NCBI RefSeq assembly: GCF_028641065.1
Contig: NC_073387.1
Location: 15,934,001-15,998,000, forward strand
Length of the DNA stretch: 64,000 nt
Source of the DNA: Leucoraja erinacea
Lineage: Eukaryota
Direction: 5' to 3'
Within the stretch, counting starts at the first letter, position 1; every line of letters starts with the position of its first letter. The notes under the pieces are model-generated. The model made no database searches. It was not told the DNA's origin and saw only the letters and a program-made list of their open reading frames with translations. The position numbers and the translations under genes are program-made. This document shows positions 51,625 through 63,550 of the stretch, in pieces.

Positions 51625-51809
51625 CACTGGAAACCAAGAGGCTCATCTCAGTAGAACAGGAGGAACAATTGATCAGATCCATCTGATTAACACCATCTAT
51701 CTGATGGTCCAACATGTTGGAGCAGGAAATCCCAATCTGTACACATGGGAAGTGCAGGAAAATGGCTCCATTGTTCTCACTGGAGACACCAATGTTGAAG
51801 TGGATCAGG
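51625..51809 (+). pseudogene. Decayed duplicate of the gene B domain-1 exon (pseudo-exon)
   Basis: HWKPRGSSQ*NRRNN / DQIHLINTIYLMVQHV...LYTWEVQENGSIVLT aligns to 49600-49783; TAG at 51652, +1 frameshift, Cys to Trp; donor g|gtgagt retained. Confidence 0.85.
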
Positions 51810-54649
51810 GTGAGTCCAAAGCTGCCTTGCAGCAGGTATTAAATAGTTCCTGATATCAAACTGTTCCACATATTGTACAGTGAGCACTGTCTCCACCGTG
51901 GGCTTTCACTGCAGGATGTGGGCATTGCCTTTAACCTGGGACATGGTGTAATTATAAAATGTTGGCACTAAGATTGATGGAGCCACACAGGAGAACCAAG
52001 GTATACATTTAATTGTGTTTGCATGAATCAAAGGGGATAAAATCCATCAATAGAGAGAAGCAAGTAGTCTTCTGTCTAGAATGGAGGAGGCAAATAAAAG
52101 TTAATTAAAGATAGAAGTACAGCTGTTCTGAGATTTGGGTCTTTTCTGAGCCATTCACATGGGTCAAGTGTTGTTCTTCACTCACTCCAGTGATCTGTCA
52201 TTTTACTTCAGAGTCACGTGAGTGACTATATGAAGAACCCTGTTCAGCCGCACGTGCGTCATTATGTCAGACGCATTGGTGCAGGTGCCCGGTTGGAGCA
52301 GCAGAGCTCCTCCAGCGGGTAAGTTTAAAACACCTCGAGGTAAGTGGAAATCTTAGTCTTGAGGTCGCTTTCTGTGCCGGTGGTTGGTTTTTTGAGTTTG
52401 ACGATGCAGAAAGCAAGTAAGGTGAAGGGGAGGCGACCCATGGCGAAAAGTGTGGAGGACCGCGGGAATGCGGTTAGCAGGTGCCCGCCTAGTTCACCGA
52501 CTTTGTCGCAAGCAGGGGATCTTGCGACTGCAGACTCGTTGCCTGGGAGCAGCTTTGCCGCGTCGGTAGGGTGTAAGGCCACATTCAAGTCTGCCAGACC
52601 TATAGATCCAGAGTCGGGCCAGGAGGTTTAACATCCAGGAGAGTCCGTTTGCTCACAGCTCTCACAAATCAAGCACCTAATGGAGAGGTTGCTCGAGAAG
52701 GACCCACTCCGGGAGGAGGAGTGTAGTTCTTGCCAAGCTGTTGGAGAGCCTGTGCCAGCAGCGCCTGTAGTAGGGCTACATAATCGCCCCCTTCTGGAGG
52801 AGGAGGGTATGCTGGGTCAGGATTATGCTGATGCCGAGGTAATGGTTGCACATAGCCCAAAGGGTGAAGGGCAAGAGGTCTTTTTGGCTGCTAAGTTTGC
52901 AATCCCCAAAGAAGCAGGGGAGCCATTGGAGGAGGAGTTGGCTACTATAATCAATTATATGCTCACCCATCAGCTCCAGGAGCTGACAATGGATGATACG
53001 GCTAAAAAAATATGAAACCCCAGTTAACTGTGGGTTGTTGAAGGTGCTGGTGGTTAACCATGTGATATGGGGCCAAATGGGGGTTGCAGTGAGAACACAA
53101 GAATTGAAGGTCCAGAGGGTGCTTAAATTGCTAGCAGCAGGTAACACTACATTCGCCAGATCGGTGGACGAGGGACACATGACTGAAGTTCACCAGGATG
53201 CTCTGGGGCTTTTGTGCAGTGCACATTTTGAAATGAACTGCCTTAGAAAGAGTGCCATACGCCCCGCCATTCACCCAAAATTTGCAGCCCCATAATGTTC
53301 AGTTACCAAATCTGTTGTTTGGGGAGGACCTCGCAAAGCGAGTCAAAGAACTGGATGAAGAGACCTCATCAAAGTGCCAATAAGCAGCAGAATGGGCAAA
53401 AGGTTTTTCCCCTATCGACGGGATGCTATCACAGAAACTGGTGAAGGGGCGAGTCGTTCTTTCTCAAACACACAAGCCTGGTATCCTGCCACAGGCACAA
53501 GGGCAAAGATGAATTTCCCTACGAGGGGCCGGGGCAACAAGCTCAGTCAGGAAATGTGCAGGTAAGAGACTTTGCTCCTGAAGGAAATAAATTAAGTGGG
53601 GAAGATGTTCAAGTTGGGGGCAGGTTACACTTGTTTCTCAAAGAATGGCAGGAGATAACATCTGATCTATTTGTTTTGGGCAGTATAGAGGGGTTTCGAA
53701 TTGAATTCTGCCCTACTGTGTGTCCGCCCACTTAGCATGTCCCACGTCGGACTCTCGTGTTTTCACACAAAGAGAATATACAGATACAGGCAGAGCTTGG
53801 GATATTGTGCAAAAAAGAGGTTATTGAGAAATTGGTTCGTCAATCCCATCAGTTTGTGTCAAGTATTTTTCCTAGGTCTAAAACGGATGGGGGATGAAGG
53901 ATGGAGAATCATTCTGGACCTGACGAGCCTGATCCCTTTTGTGCAGTGTAGACATTTCAAAATGGAAACTTTTTCGACTGCTAATCAGATGGTTTCCAAA
54001 GGGTGTTATATGGCAAGCATAGATCTCAAGGATGCTTATTACACAATGTCTGTTCATTGTGATGATAGGAGATATTTGAAATTTAGCTGGATGAGTCAAT
54101 TGTGGCAATTCAAAGCACTGCCTAATGCGTTAACCTCAGATCCGAGATTGTTTACCAAATTGTAAAAACCAATGATTGGCTTACTCCGAACTCAGGGTCA
54201 TGTGGTAATGGCCTATTTGGATGATATTTTTATTGTAGGGCACACTCGAGAGGCAGCTGAATCATCTGTGTCAGTTGTTAAACTCACTTTTGAGCAGTTG
54301 GGGGTTCATTATCCATCCAGATAAATCCAAATTAACACCAGTTAAAGTTATTGATTACTTGGGCATCACCATTAACTCAGATCACATGTTAGTGACTATG
54401 CCGAGTGATAAAAAGCAGCAGTAAATTGAAGAATGTGTCAAGCTTTTTGAGGAACAACTACCCTCAATTAGACAGGTGGCCAAGTTGATTGGCAAGCTGG
54501 TGGCTGTTTTTCCAGCAGTACAGTTTGGGCCTCTGCATTATCAACAATTACAATGAGCAAAAGATCAAGCATTGGGAGCACATGCTGGCCATTTTGACAG
54601 GCCTATGAAGTTGCCAACAGAAGCCATTTCTGAGATACAATGGTGGATC

Positions 54650-56335
54650 TTCTAAAAGTCTAAAATGGAGGAGTATCGCAACGTGCACTGGTCTAGACAC
54701 CTTATCTCCCTCGGACCCTTTGGAATTTAACTCAAGGACACTCTTTGTTCAAAATGAAGGAAAGACTGATTTAACAACGGAGAGACGAACAGGAGAGCCG
54801 AACGTGGAAAACATCACAAGGACAAATGGCGGTTTAAGATCTTAAAATCGTTTTACAAAACACAGAGAATTAATAATAATTAACAACACTAATATAGAAA
54901 TAGAAATGGAAACTAACCAGAACTATATAATGGGGCAAAATGTAATAATGTGTTAAAAAGACAGACTATCCAGTATATAGAGCGAGACAGTTAAGCAGAG
55001 ATAAAGAAATAACAAATAACAAATTTTAGAACTAACGTAGACAATATCATAAGTTTTAGTGCTATGTACTTTGTGTGGGGAAGGGAGGAGACTCAGGCAT
55101 CTGGCATAGTTCCAGGAGCCTGATTCTGGTTAACCCTTTCAGCCGACAACTGACTATTATCAAAGGTATAACTAACTATAAATAGTTAGTAGATAAAAGT
55201 GTTAGATATATAAGTTTCACAGTAGCTGAACATACGATTTGATAAGTCTTAATGAAATATATATATATAGTGCAATTGGGTGAAATACAACTGATTTTGA
55301 AAGGTCCCGCCCTCCTAGGCTAAGAGTAATAAAGGGAGCGGAGCCCAAGCAATCAATTGTATAACATCAACATTGGAAGTCGAATTGATGTCAAACCCCA
55401 CAGTGTGTGGGACACTCATTACAGTGTCGACTACTCTAGACACTGTAATTTCACTTGTTCAATTTTTTTTAAATCACAATATGTCACAACTATGTGTTTC
55501 TTTTTTTAAGGACAATCGTAAAAGGGATCTAACAAAGGAAGTCAATAACATAAACGTTCCCCAAATATCCAGAGTCCTGACGTATGGATGCACCATAATA
55601 ATTAAGGGTATTAAAATCAGCGAAAATGCATGACGATAAACTAAAGAAAATGGGAGGAATCGCATTCTGCAGCTAGAACATAAGGGGTATTAATGAACCA
55701 ATCAAAAGGGGCAAGATAATAGCTCAGTTGAAATCATACAACACGGACATTACTTTTTTACAAGAAACGCATCTTAAACACCAAGATCAGATCAGGTTGA
55801 GGGCGAATTGGATAGGCCAAACATATCACTCTTCACACACCTCGAAATCCAGAGGTACCGCAATTATTATTCGCAAAGGAATACCATTTAAATCTAAGAA
55901 CATTATATCAGATAAGGAAGGGAGATATCTTATAGTTACAGGAAGATCTATGCTACGCCAATCACCTTGGTAAATATATACGCGCCCAATTTTGATAATC
56001 CTCAATTTTTCAATAAAATCTTGAATACAATCGCAGAGTTCAACTACCAAAATGTTATAATTGGAGGAGACTTCAACTGTGTTTTAGACCCATACTTAGA
56101 TAAATCGATGCAAAAACAAAGAGGTATTATGAAATCTAAAACTAGTGAACTCTTAAATACATACACAAAAAATACAAAAATAACAGACGTTTGGAGGATC
56201 GCGAATCCGACTGGAAGGGAATACTCGTTTTATTCAATGGTACACAAAACATACGTATAGATTATTTCCTAGTGGATACAAAACTAATCCCTTATACTAT
56301 GAACCCTAAATATCACACCAATACAATTTCAGATC
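54650..56335 (+). mobile_element. Internal L1-clade fragment (upstream spacer + ORF2 APE endonuclease) inside the second DIRS
   Basis: NIRGINEPIKR, FLQETHL, SDKEGRY, NIYAPN, GGDFN, DVWR, IDYFL. Confidence 0.82.
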
Positions 56336-57608
56336 CCTTCTGCGATTATGAGGGATCAATTATTTAGAGCTTCTGGGAACATTTTATGGGCTTAAAGCTT
56401 ATTGTTTTACCAAAAGTCAGGTGCATGTGCAGGTTCAAATTGACAACACTGCTGCAGTAGCATATCTGAATCATATGGGTGGTGTCAAGTTGAAAGCTTG
56501 TGATAGGTTGGCTAATCAGATCTGGAGCTGGTGTATTGACAGAAACATTTGGATTTCAGCAATCCATTTACCTAGTAGATTCAACATAGTCGCAGACACA
56601 AGGTCACGAAAATTCAATGACAACATAGAATGGAAGTTGAACCATGATATATTTGAAAGTGTTGTTGCTCGCTTTGGGATGCCAGATATCAATTTGTTTG
56701 CATCCAGACTAAACCACCAGTTGCCTAAATACATTTCATGGTAACCAGTTCCTGGGGCAGCAGCGGTTGATGCATTCTCGCTGCACTGGGGTGGAATGTT
56801 TTAATATGTATTTCCTCCATTCTGCCTCGTCAGTCGATGCCTGCAAAATATCAAGCAGGACTCCGCTTCAGGAGTATTGGTGGTACCCAACAGGCCTACT
56901 CAGCCATGGTATGCTCATGTTTTGGAGGTGGCTACTGAGCCTCACATGATTGTTCTAAAACACAAAAACCTAATAGTGAATCCTGTAACTGGTGATCAGC
57001 ATCCTTTACATGATCGTATTGATCTGTTAATTTGCAAATTCTAAGGAGACCATACCTGGGGAGAGGACTATCCAAGCGCACCATGGATATTATCACTGCA
57101 GTCTGGAGGGATAGTACCCAAAAGCAGTACATCTCTTCGATAAGAAAGTGGGACGTGTTCTGTTTATGGCAGAATATTTCATATCAAAATGCAGACATCC
57201 CAGATATGCTAGAGTTTTTGTCAACACTTTATTTCGATCAAAAGTTAAGCTATAGTGCGATCAAAACAGCCAGAAATGCTCTGTCTTCATATTTACCCAT
57301 GGTGTCAGAATTACATGCAGTGGGGACACATTCATTAGTCTCTAGATTCATGAAGGGAGTTTTTAATTCCCATCCTCCGAAGCCCAGGTATTCGGTTATC
57401 TGGAATATGAGCGAAGTTCTAATGCTGCTTCGCCAGTGGGCTCCTGTCACAGACCTATCTCTAGCCAAACTCACCATGAAGGTGGTCATGCTTTTGGCAT
57501 TGGTATCAGCCCAACGTGTGCAGACATTACAGATGCTGCGGCTAGACAGGATGGAGATATCAGCAGATGCCATCACTTTTTATGTTTATGATCGGCTCAA
57601 GCAGAGTA

Positions 57609-58332
57609 ATTGATACAAATACATCGATAGATGCTTCTGAACACATCATCAGTGGTGTAACCTGGGGTCAATGGGTGTTTCGGGTCTTTCAACATCAGAC
57701 ACCCTCACCCAGGTGACCCAGCCATGGTTGATCAGACCACGACTTGTGTTCAGGTGGCATTCGCTCCTTCCCATGGACCTCCTCTCCTGATCCAGAGCCA
57801 TCTCGAGGCCTTCTCCGCTACCTCTGTGGTGTTCTTGATGGCCTTTCTCCTTGCCACTCCGTTTATGCCTGGTGCACTGAAGGCTTTGTAGAGTGATTGC
57901 CCTGCAAAACCTCTGCAGCCAACCTCGATGGGCATACACCTTGCCTTCTAGCCCTGCTTGTGGCAGTCTATGACCAACTCTTCATACTTGGCCATCTTCC
58001 TCTTGTGGGCCTCTTCCAAACGGTCCTCCCATGGCACTGTCAGTTCCAACAAGACGATGCTTTTGGTCGCCTCTGAGACCAGGAGGATATCTGGCCGCAG
58101 GGTGGTCATGGCAAAGTGCCGTGGGAACTTCAGCTGTTTCACCAGGTCTACGGAAAGCTGCCAGTCCTGCGCAGTCGCCAGGATACCTGACTGATTCCTG
58201 GCTGCTGTGGTTCTTGGCAGCTGCACTCCAGCCTTCACGAAGGTGATCATCTGGGTGGTGGGGCGTTCTCGTCTACAGCTGCTGATTCCCATGCTGATGG
58301 CTTCTGCAATGGGTTTAAGAACCTGGTCGTGA
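57609..58332 (-). mobile_element. 5'-truncated HERO-like non-LTR retrotransposon (restriction-like endonuclease domain + 3' UTR)
   Basis: TTLRPDILL...LELTVPWE...KMAKY...PIEVGCRGF...ASRWLW; 7-bp TSD cagagta at 57602-57608 and 58333-58339; the DIRS YR frame resumes afterwards (DSRLCVV). Confidence 0.82.
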
Positions 58333-58767
58333 CAGAGTAGAATAGGGGTGACTGGGTTTAACATTATCTTTTCTGCATACTCCAAGGACTCCCGCCTGTG
58401 TGTAGTGTCATGTTTGTCTCAGTACATTGAGGCTACCAGAACCTTGAGGAGAACATTGTTCATTAGCCACAAAAATGCACAGTAAGGTGTCGGTGCAAAC
58501 TATCTCAAGGTGGCTAAAGCAGGTTCTGGTAAGCGCTGGGACACTGCTTCACTGGGGGTATGTTTCTCACATAGAAACATCAAAAATAGGTGCAGGAGTA
58601 GGCCATTTGGCCCTTCGTACCAGCACCATCATTCAATATGATCACGGCTGATCTTCCAAAATCAGTACCCTGTTAAGCTTTTACCCCATATCCCTCGATT
58701 CCCTTTGCCCTAAAAGCTGAATCTCGTGAAACCTCACAACTCACTGGGTAATGGATAGGACAGCTTT

Positions 58768-60775
58768 GAAACATAGAAACATAGAAAATAGGTGCAGGAG
58801 TAGGCCATTTGGCCCTTCGAGCCTGCACCGCCATTCAATATGATCATGGCTGATCATCCAAATCAGTATCCTGTACCTGCCTTCTCTCCATGCCCCCTGA
58901 TCCCTTTAGCCCCAAGGGCCACATCGAACTCCCTCTTAAATATAGCCAATGAACTGGCCTCAACTACCTTCTGTGGCAGAGAATTCCAGAAATTCACCAC
59001 TCTCTGTGTGAAAAATGTTTTCCTAATCTCGGTCGTAAAATATTTCCCCCTTATCCTTAAGCTGTGACCCCTTGTCCTGGACTTCCCTAACATCGGGAAC
59101 AATCTTCCTGCATCTAGCCTGTCCAATCCCTTAAGAATTTTGTAAGTTTCTATAAGATCCCCCCTCAATCTTCTAAATTCTAGCGAGCACAAACAAAGTC
59201 TATCCAGTCTTTCTTCATATGAAAGTCCTGACATCCCAGGAATCAGTTTGGTGAATCTTCTCTGTGCTCCCTCTATGGCAAGAATGTCTTTCCTCAGAAT
59301 AGGAGACCAAAACTGTACACAATACTCCAGGTGTGGTCTCACCAAGACCCTGTACAACTGCAGTAGAACCTCCCTGCTCCTATACTCAAATCCTTTTGCT
59401 ATGAATACTAACATACCATTCACCTTCCTCACTGCCTGCTGCACCTGCATGCCTACTTTTAATGATTGGTGTACCATGACACCCAGGTCTCGTTGCATCT
59501 CCCCTTTTCCTAATCGGCCACCATTCAGATAATAGTCTACTTTCCTGTTTTTGCCACCAAAGTGGATAACCTCACATTTATCCACATTATACTGCATCTG
59601 CCATGCATTTTCCCATTCACCCATCCTATCCATGTCACCGTGCAGCCTCCTAGCATCCTCCTCACAGCTAACACTGCTCCCCAGCTTCATGTCATCCGCA
59701 AACTTGGAGATGTTGCATTCAATTCCCTCGTCCAAATCATTAATATATATCGTAAATAGCTGGGGTCCTAGCACTGAGCCTTGCAGTACCCCACTAGTCA
59801 CTGCCTGCCATTGTGAAAAGGACCCGTTTAGTCCTACTCTTTTCTTCCTGTCTGCCAGCCAGTTCTCTATCCACATCAATACTGAACCCCCAATACCGTG
59901 TCCTATAAGTTTGTATACAAATCTCTTTTGTGGGACCTTGTCGAAAGCCTTCTGAAAGTCCAGATATAACACATCCACTGGTTCTCCCTTATCCATTCTA
60001 CTAGTTACATCCTCGAAAAATTCTATAAGATTCGTCAAATGATTTACCTTTCATAAATCCATGCTGACTTTGTCCAATGATTTCACCACATTCCTAAAGG
60101 TGCTGCAATCCCATCTTTAATAACTGATTCTAGCAGTTTCCCCACTACCGACGTTAGACTAACTGGTCTGTAATTCCCCATTTTCTCTCTCCCTCCCTTT
60201 TTAAAAAGTGGGGTTACATTAGCTACCCTCCAATCCTCAGGAACTACTCCAGAATCTAAAGAGTTTTGAAAAATTATCACTAATGCATCCACTATTTCTA
60301 GGGCTACTTCCTTAAGTACTCTGGGATGCAGCCTATCTGGACCTGGGGATTTATCAGCCCTTAATCCATTCAATTTACCTAACACCACTTCCCGGCTAAC
60401 CTGGATTTCACTCAGTTCCTCCATCTCATTTGCCCCGGTCCCCTGCTATTTCCAGCAGATTATTTATGTCTTCCTTAGTGAAGACAGAACCAAAGTAGTT
60501 TTTCAATTGGTCTGCCATGTCCTTGTTCCCCATGATTAATTCACCTGTTTCTGACTGCAAGGGACCTACATTTGTGTTAACTAATCTTTTTCTCTTCACA
60601 TATCTATAAAAACTCTTGCAGTCAGTTTTTAATGCTCCCTGCCAGTTTTCTTTCATAATCTATTTTCCCTTTCCTAATTAAGCCCGTTGTCCTCCTCTGC
60701 TGGTCTCTGAATTTCTCCCAGTCCTCCAACAGGCTGCTTTTTCTGGCTAATTTGTATGCTTCATCTTTTGTTTTG
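58768..60775 (-). mobile_element. 5'-truncated CR1 (subfamily B); another CR1 3' UTR piece at ~58570-58720
   Basis: 391-aa RT ORF 58863-60038; (catagaaa)n tail. Confidence 0.93.
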
Positions 60776-61315
60776 ATTTGGAGAGATTTGGACCAAATGC
60801 AAGCAGGTGTGACTAGTGTAGTCGGGACATGTTGGCCACAATGGGCAAGTTGGTCCAAAGGGCTTGTTTCCACTCTGTATCACTCCATTGGCTCTAATAG
60901 CTTCTCAGGCAATATGGCCAAGAGTGAGAATTCAGAGCCTGTAAAGTTTCAGCTGTGAATCTGTACCCAGTCCCTCTTGTGCAGACTCTGCAGTGTACAC
61001 CTAGTTGACATCAGTTTAGATAACGGATCAACCAATTTTGTGTACATTCTGACACATCTCATTCACCCAAAAAATATTCACAATGTTCCAAAAGTAATGA
61101 AGCAGAAAATATCAAAGCAAAGTCTCGGATGTTATGGATGAAACATAAAAGGTACCCAAGATTGGCACAATTATTTCTCACTCTTGACACAATATTTCTC
61201 ACTGTGTCCCACTGTCTAATGCAGAATGTTTATGATGTTACATCACAGATAGGAGTATTTAATTATGAAACAAGATGGAATATGAAACTGAAAATCTCAA
61301 CTTTGTCCTTCACAG

Positions 61316-61404
61316 ACATTAGGATCATCACAGTCCTTGGCTACTTGTCGATTAAACTGGCCGTTGCTCTTGGACTAATTTGCTGCTCGTGGAGGATGAA
61401 CCGG
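61316..61404 (+). CDS. Gene B transmembrane exon with an intramembrane lysine
   Basis: Acceptor ctttgtccttcacag, donor cgg|gtgaga, phase 1 to 0; DIRIITVLGYLSIKLAVALGLICCSWRMNR. Confidence 0.8.
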
Positions 61405-62408
61405 GTGAGAATTTCATGAGCTTTTCAATATATCAGAAACCAATGGCGTTGAAAAAATGGATGTTCACAGAACATATTAGAATGGTGACAATCTGTATTT
61501 TAGTGTTTGGCATTGAACAGTGCAACACAGAAATACATGATTTAAACTTATTCCTTTTGCCTGCTCTTGATCCAAATGTCTCCATTCTCAGCATATTAAT
61601 TAGCCAATCTAAAATCCTCTTAAACGCCACTATCATAACTATTTCTACCACAAACCTTCGATAAACTTCATAAAGGTTAAATGTGTGTTATTTGCTCTAT
61701 CTCAGGCTGCATCCTGGTCAACCTCTTCTGCGTTTTATCCAAAGCCTTCCCGTCCTTCCTTTAATGGGGCTACTAGAACTCCTAATGTGAATAATCAAAG
61801 TTTTTTTAAACATGCAGCATGACTTCCCAACTCCTATTCTCAATGGCCCAACCGATGAAGGCAAGCATACTTTGTGCATTCTTTACCATTTTATCTACTT
61901 GTGTTGTTACATTCAGAGAGCTATGGACATGAACCTTTAAACTTTTTCTATCCATTTACTTGTCCAATGTTTTTTAAATGCTGTTACAGAATCTTCCTCA
62001 GCTATCTCCTCTGGCAGCTCATTCCAGAAACCTATCACCATCTGATTGAAAAAATTGCCCCTCAGGTTCCTATTAAATCTTTCACCTCTCATTTTGAACC
62101 CATGTCCTCTGATTCTTGATACCCCAACCCGGGTAAAGACTTTGTTCATTCACATATCTATTCCTTTCTACAATCTAAACTTGTAATTTTGTAAGATATC
62201 AAATATGAAAGAACACTTTATCAACACAAATTGGAAAAAAATTCCACATTCAATATTCACGATGATATTGGTGTGTTTTTAGTTGAATTAAATGACCATG
62301 AAAATGTTTCTAACTTGGTCTGCAACCTCTTACCTATCACTTCCAGTCTATTGTTTATTATTGTTTATCTTTATTTAAAAGCATATTTGTTTCTCTTGTT
62401 TGATACAG

Positions 62409-62516
62409 AGCAGCAGATATTCACAGGAATTTCCAGGAAACACCACAAATAATTCAAGAGCTGTCGCATTGCAGACCCTGAATTCTGACCCTGATCTGAG
62501 AGATCAGAATGAATGA
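62409..62516 (+). CDS. Gene B terminal cytoplasmic exon (no ITIM or ITAM)
   Basis: Long pyrimidine tract and tgatacag acceptor, phase 0; SSRYSQEFPGNTTNNSRAVALQTLNSDPDLRDQNE*. Confidence 0.65.
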   Translation, partial: SSRYSQEFPGNTTNNSRAVALQTLNSDPDLRDQNE

Positions 62517-63250
62517 CCCAGCGTAGAAGATGACACAGCCCATCAAGCTCATGCCCAAGAAAATATGTGTTTCTGAAAAAATATTGAGCCGAATGGAGAC
62601 TTTGGAAATAGATTTGCGGATTTATTGCGGATTTGCTTTGTGATTGTTTGGTACGTTGCCAGTCAGTTGTATCCCACAGTGAACATGTTAACAGTCTCAG
62701 TATCAGTGTGGGCTATTTTGCTTTGCAAAGACCATCTCCTGAAGTGAAAATTATTCATTTGTCATCTTTGCCAAAAAAATACACTGAATTAATTGCAGAG
62801 AATGCAAAAGAAGACTTGGAAATGCAGAACGTAGCATTTTGGGGAATTGTATTATTTACTTTCAAACTAATTTGTAGCTTTCCTGCTTTGTTCCTGCTCA
62901 GATTTAACATAATCGTTGCACCAAGCTTTTATGTGCATCGCATTTCCTGCCTGATTACTTTCAAGTTGGAATCTGTTTTCTGCAAACTTGTACATCTGCA
63001 ACATCTGTATTCAGCTTCCAGAGATATTGTGAAAACATAATGAAGATGAATGATGCAACAATAAAAATGACCATTGCAGGGAAATTTCTGTCCCTTCAGC
63101 TTGTTTTTCAGAATTATAACAACTAACAATAATGATTTTACTGAAAATATATATTTCAGTTCTCACTCAGATGTAGAAAGTGGTGAACTGAACTGTTGGA
63201 GGTTGTATCTATAAGATTATATAATCACCCGTATGTCGCCTGTATTCTCT

Positions 63251-63550
63251 GGGCGGCACGGTGGTGCAGTGGTAGAGTTGCTGCCTTAACAGTGCCAGAG
63301 ACCCAGGTTAGATCCTGACTACGGGTGCTGTCTGTACCTAATTTGTACATTCTCCACTTGACCGCCTAGGTTTTCTCCGAGATCTTCGGTTTCCTCCCAC
63401 GCTCCAAAAATGTACAGATTTGTAGGATAATTGGCTTGGTATAAATGTGAATTGTCCTTAGAATGTGGATGTTAGTGTGTGGGGGTCGCTGGTTGGTTTC
63501 GTCTCAGTGTGCCTAGTGGCCTGTTTCTGTGCTGTCTCTCTAAACTAAAC
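63251..63550 (+). mobile_element. Full-length tRNA-derived SINE (HE1-like)
   Basis: gggcggcacggtggtgcagtggtagag (A box), ggttagatcc (B box), tail ctctaaactaaac. Confidence 0.8.

Larger units (their letters stand above)
52201..58570 (+). mobile_element. Second DIRS-like element (5' terminus, gag, RT, RNase H, YR; 3' end missing) in the gene B D3-TM intron
   Basis: Starts ttttacttcagagtcacgtgagtgacta, like the first DIRS terminus; RIILDL, HFKMET, SIDLKDAY, YLDD, IDNTAAVAY, LFASRLNHQ, AQRVQTL. Confidence 0.9.

Noticed and set aside
48394-62516. Calling gene A or B CD4 or LAG3
   Set aside because: Only three domains in B, no N-terminal V domain, no Cx(C/H) Lck motif or LAG-3 FxxL-type motif, and no synteny evidence in the window
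63251-63330. tRNA gene
   Set aside because: tRNA-like head continues into a SINE body present in several copies; no complete cloverleaf
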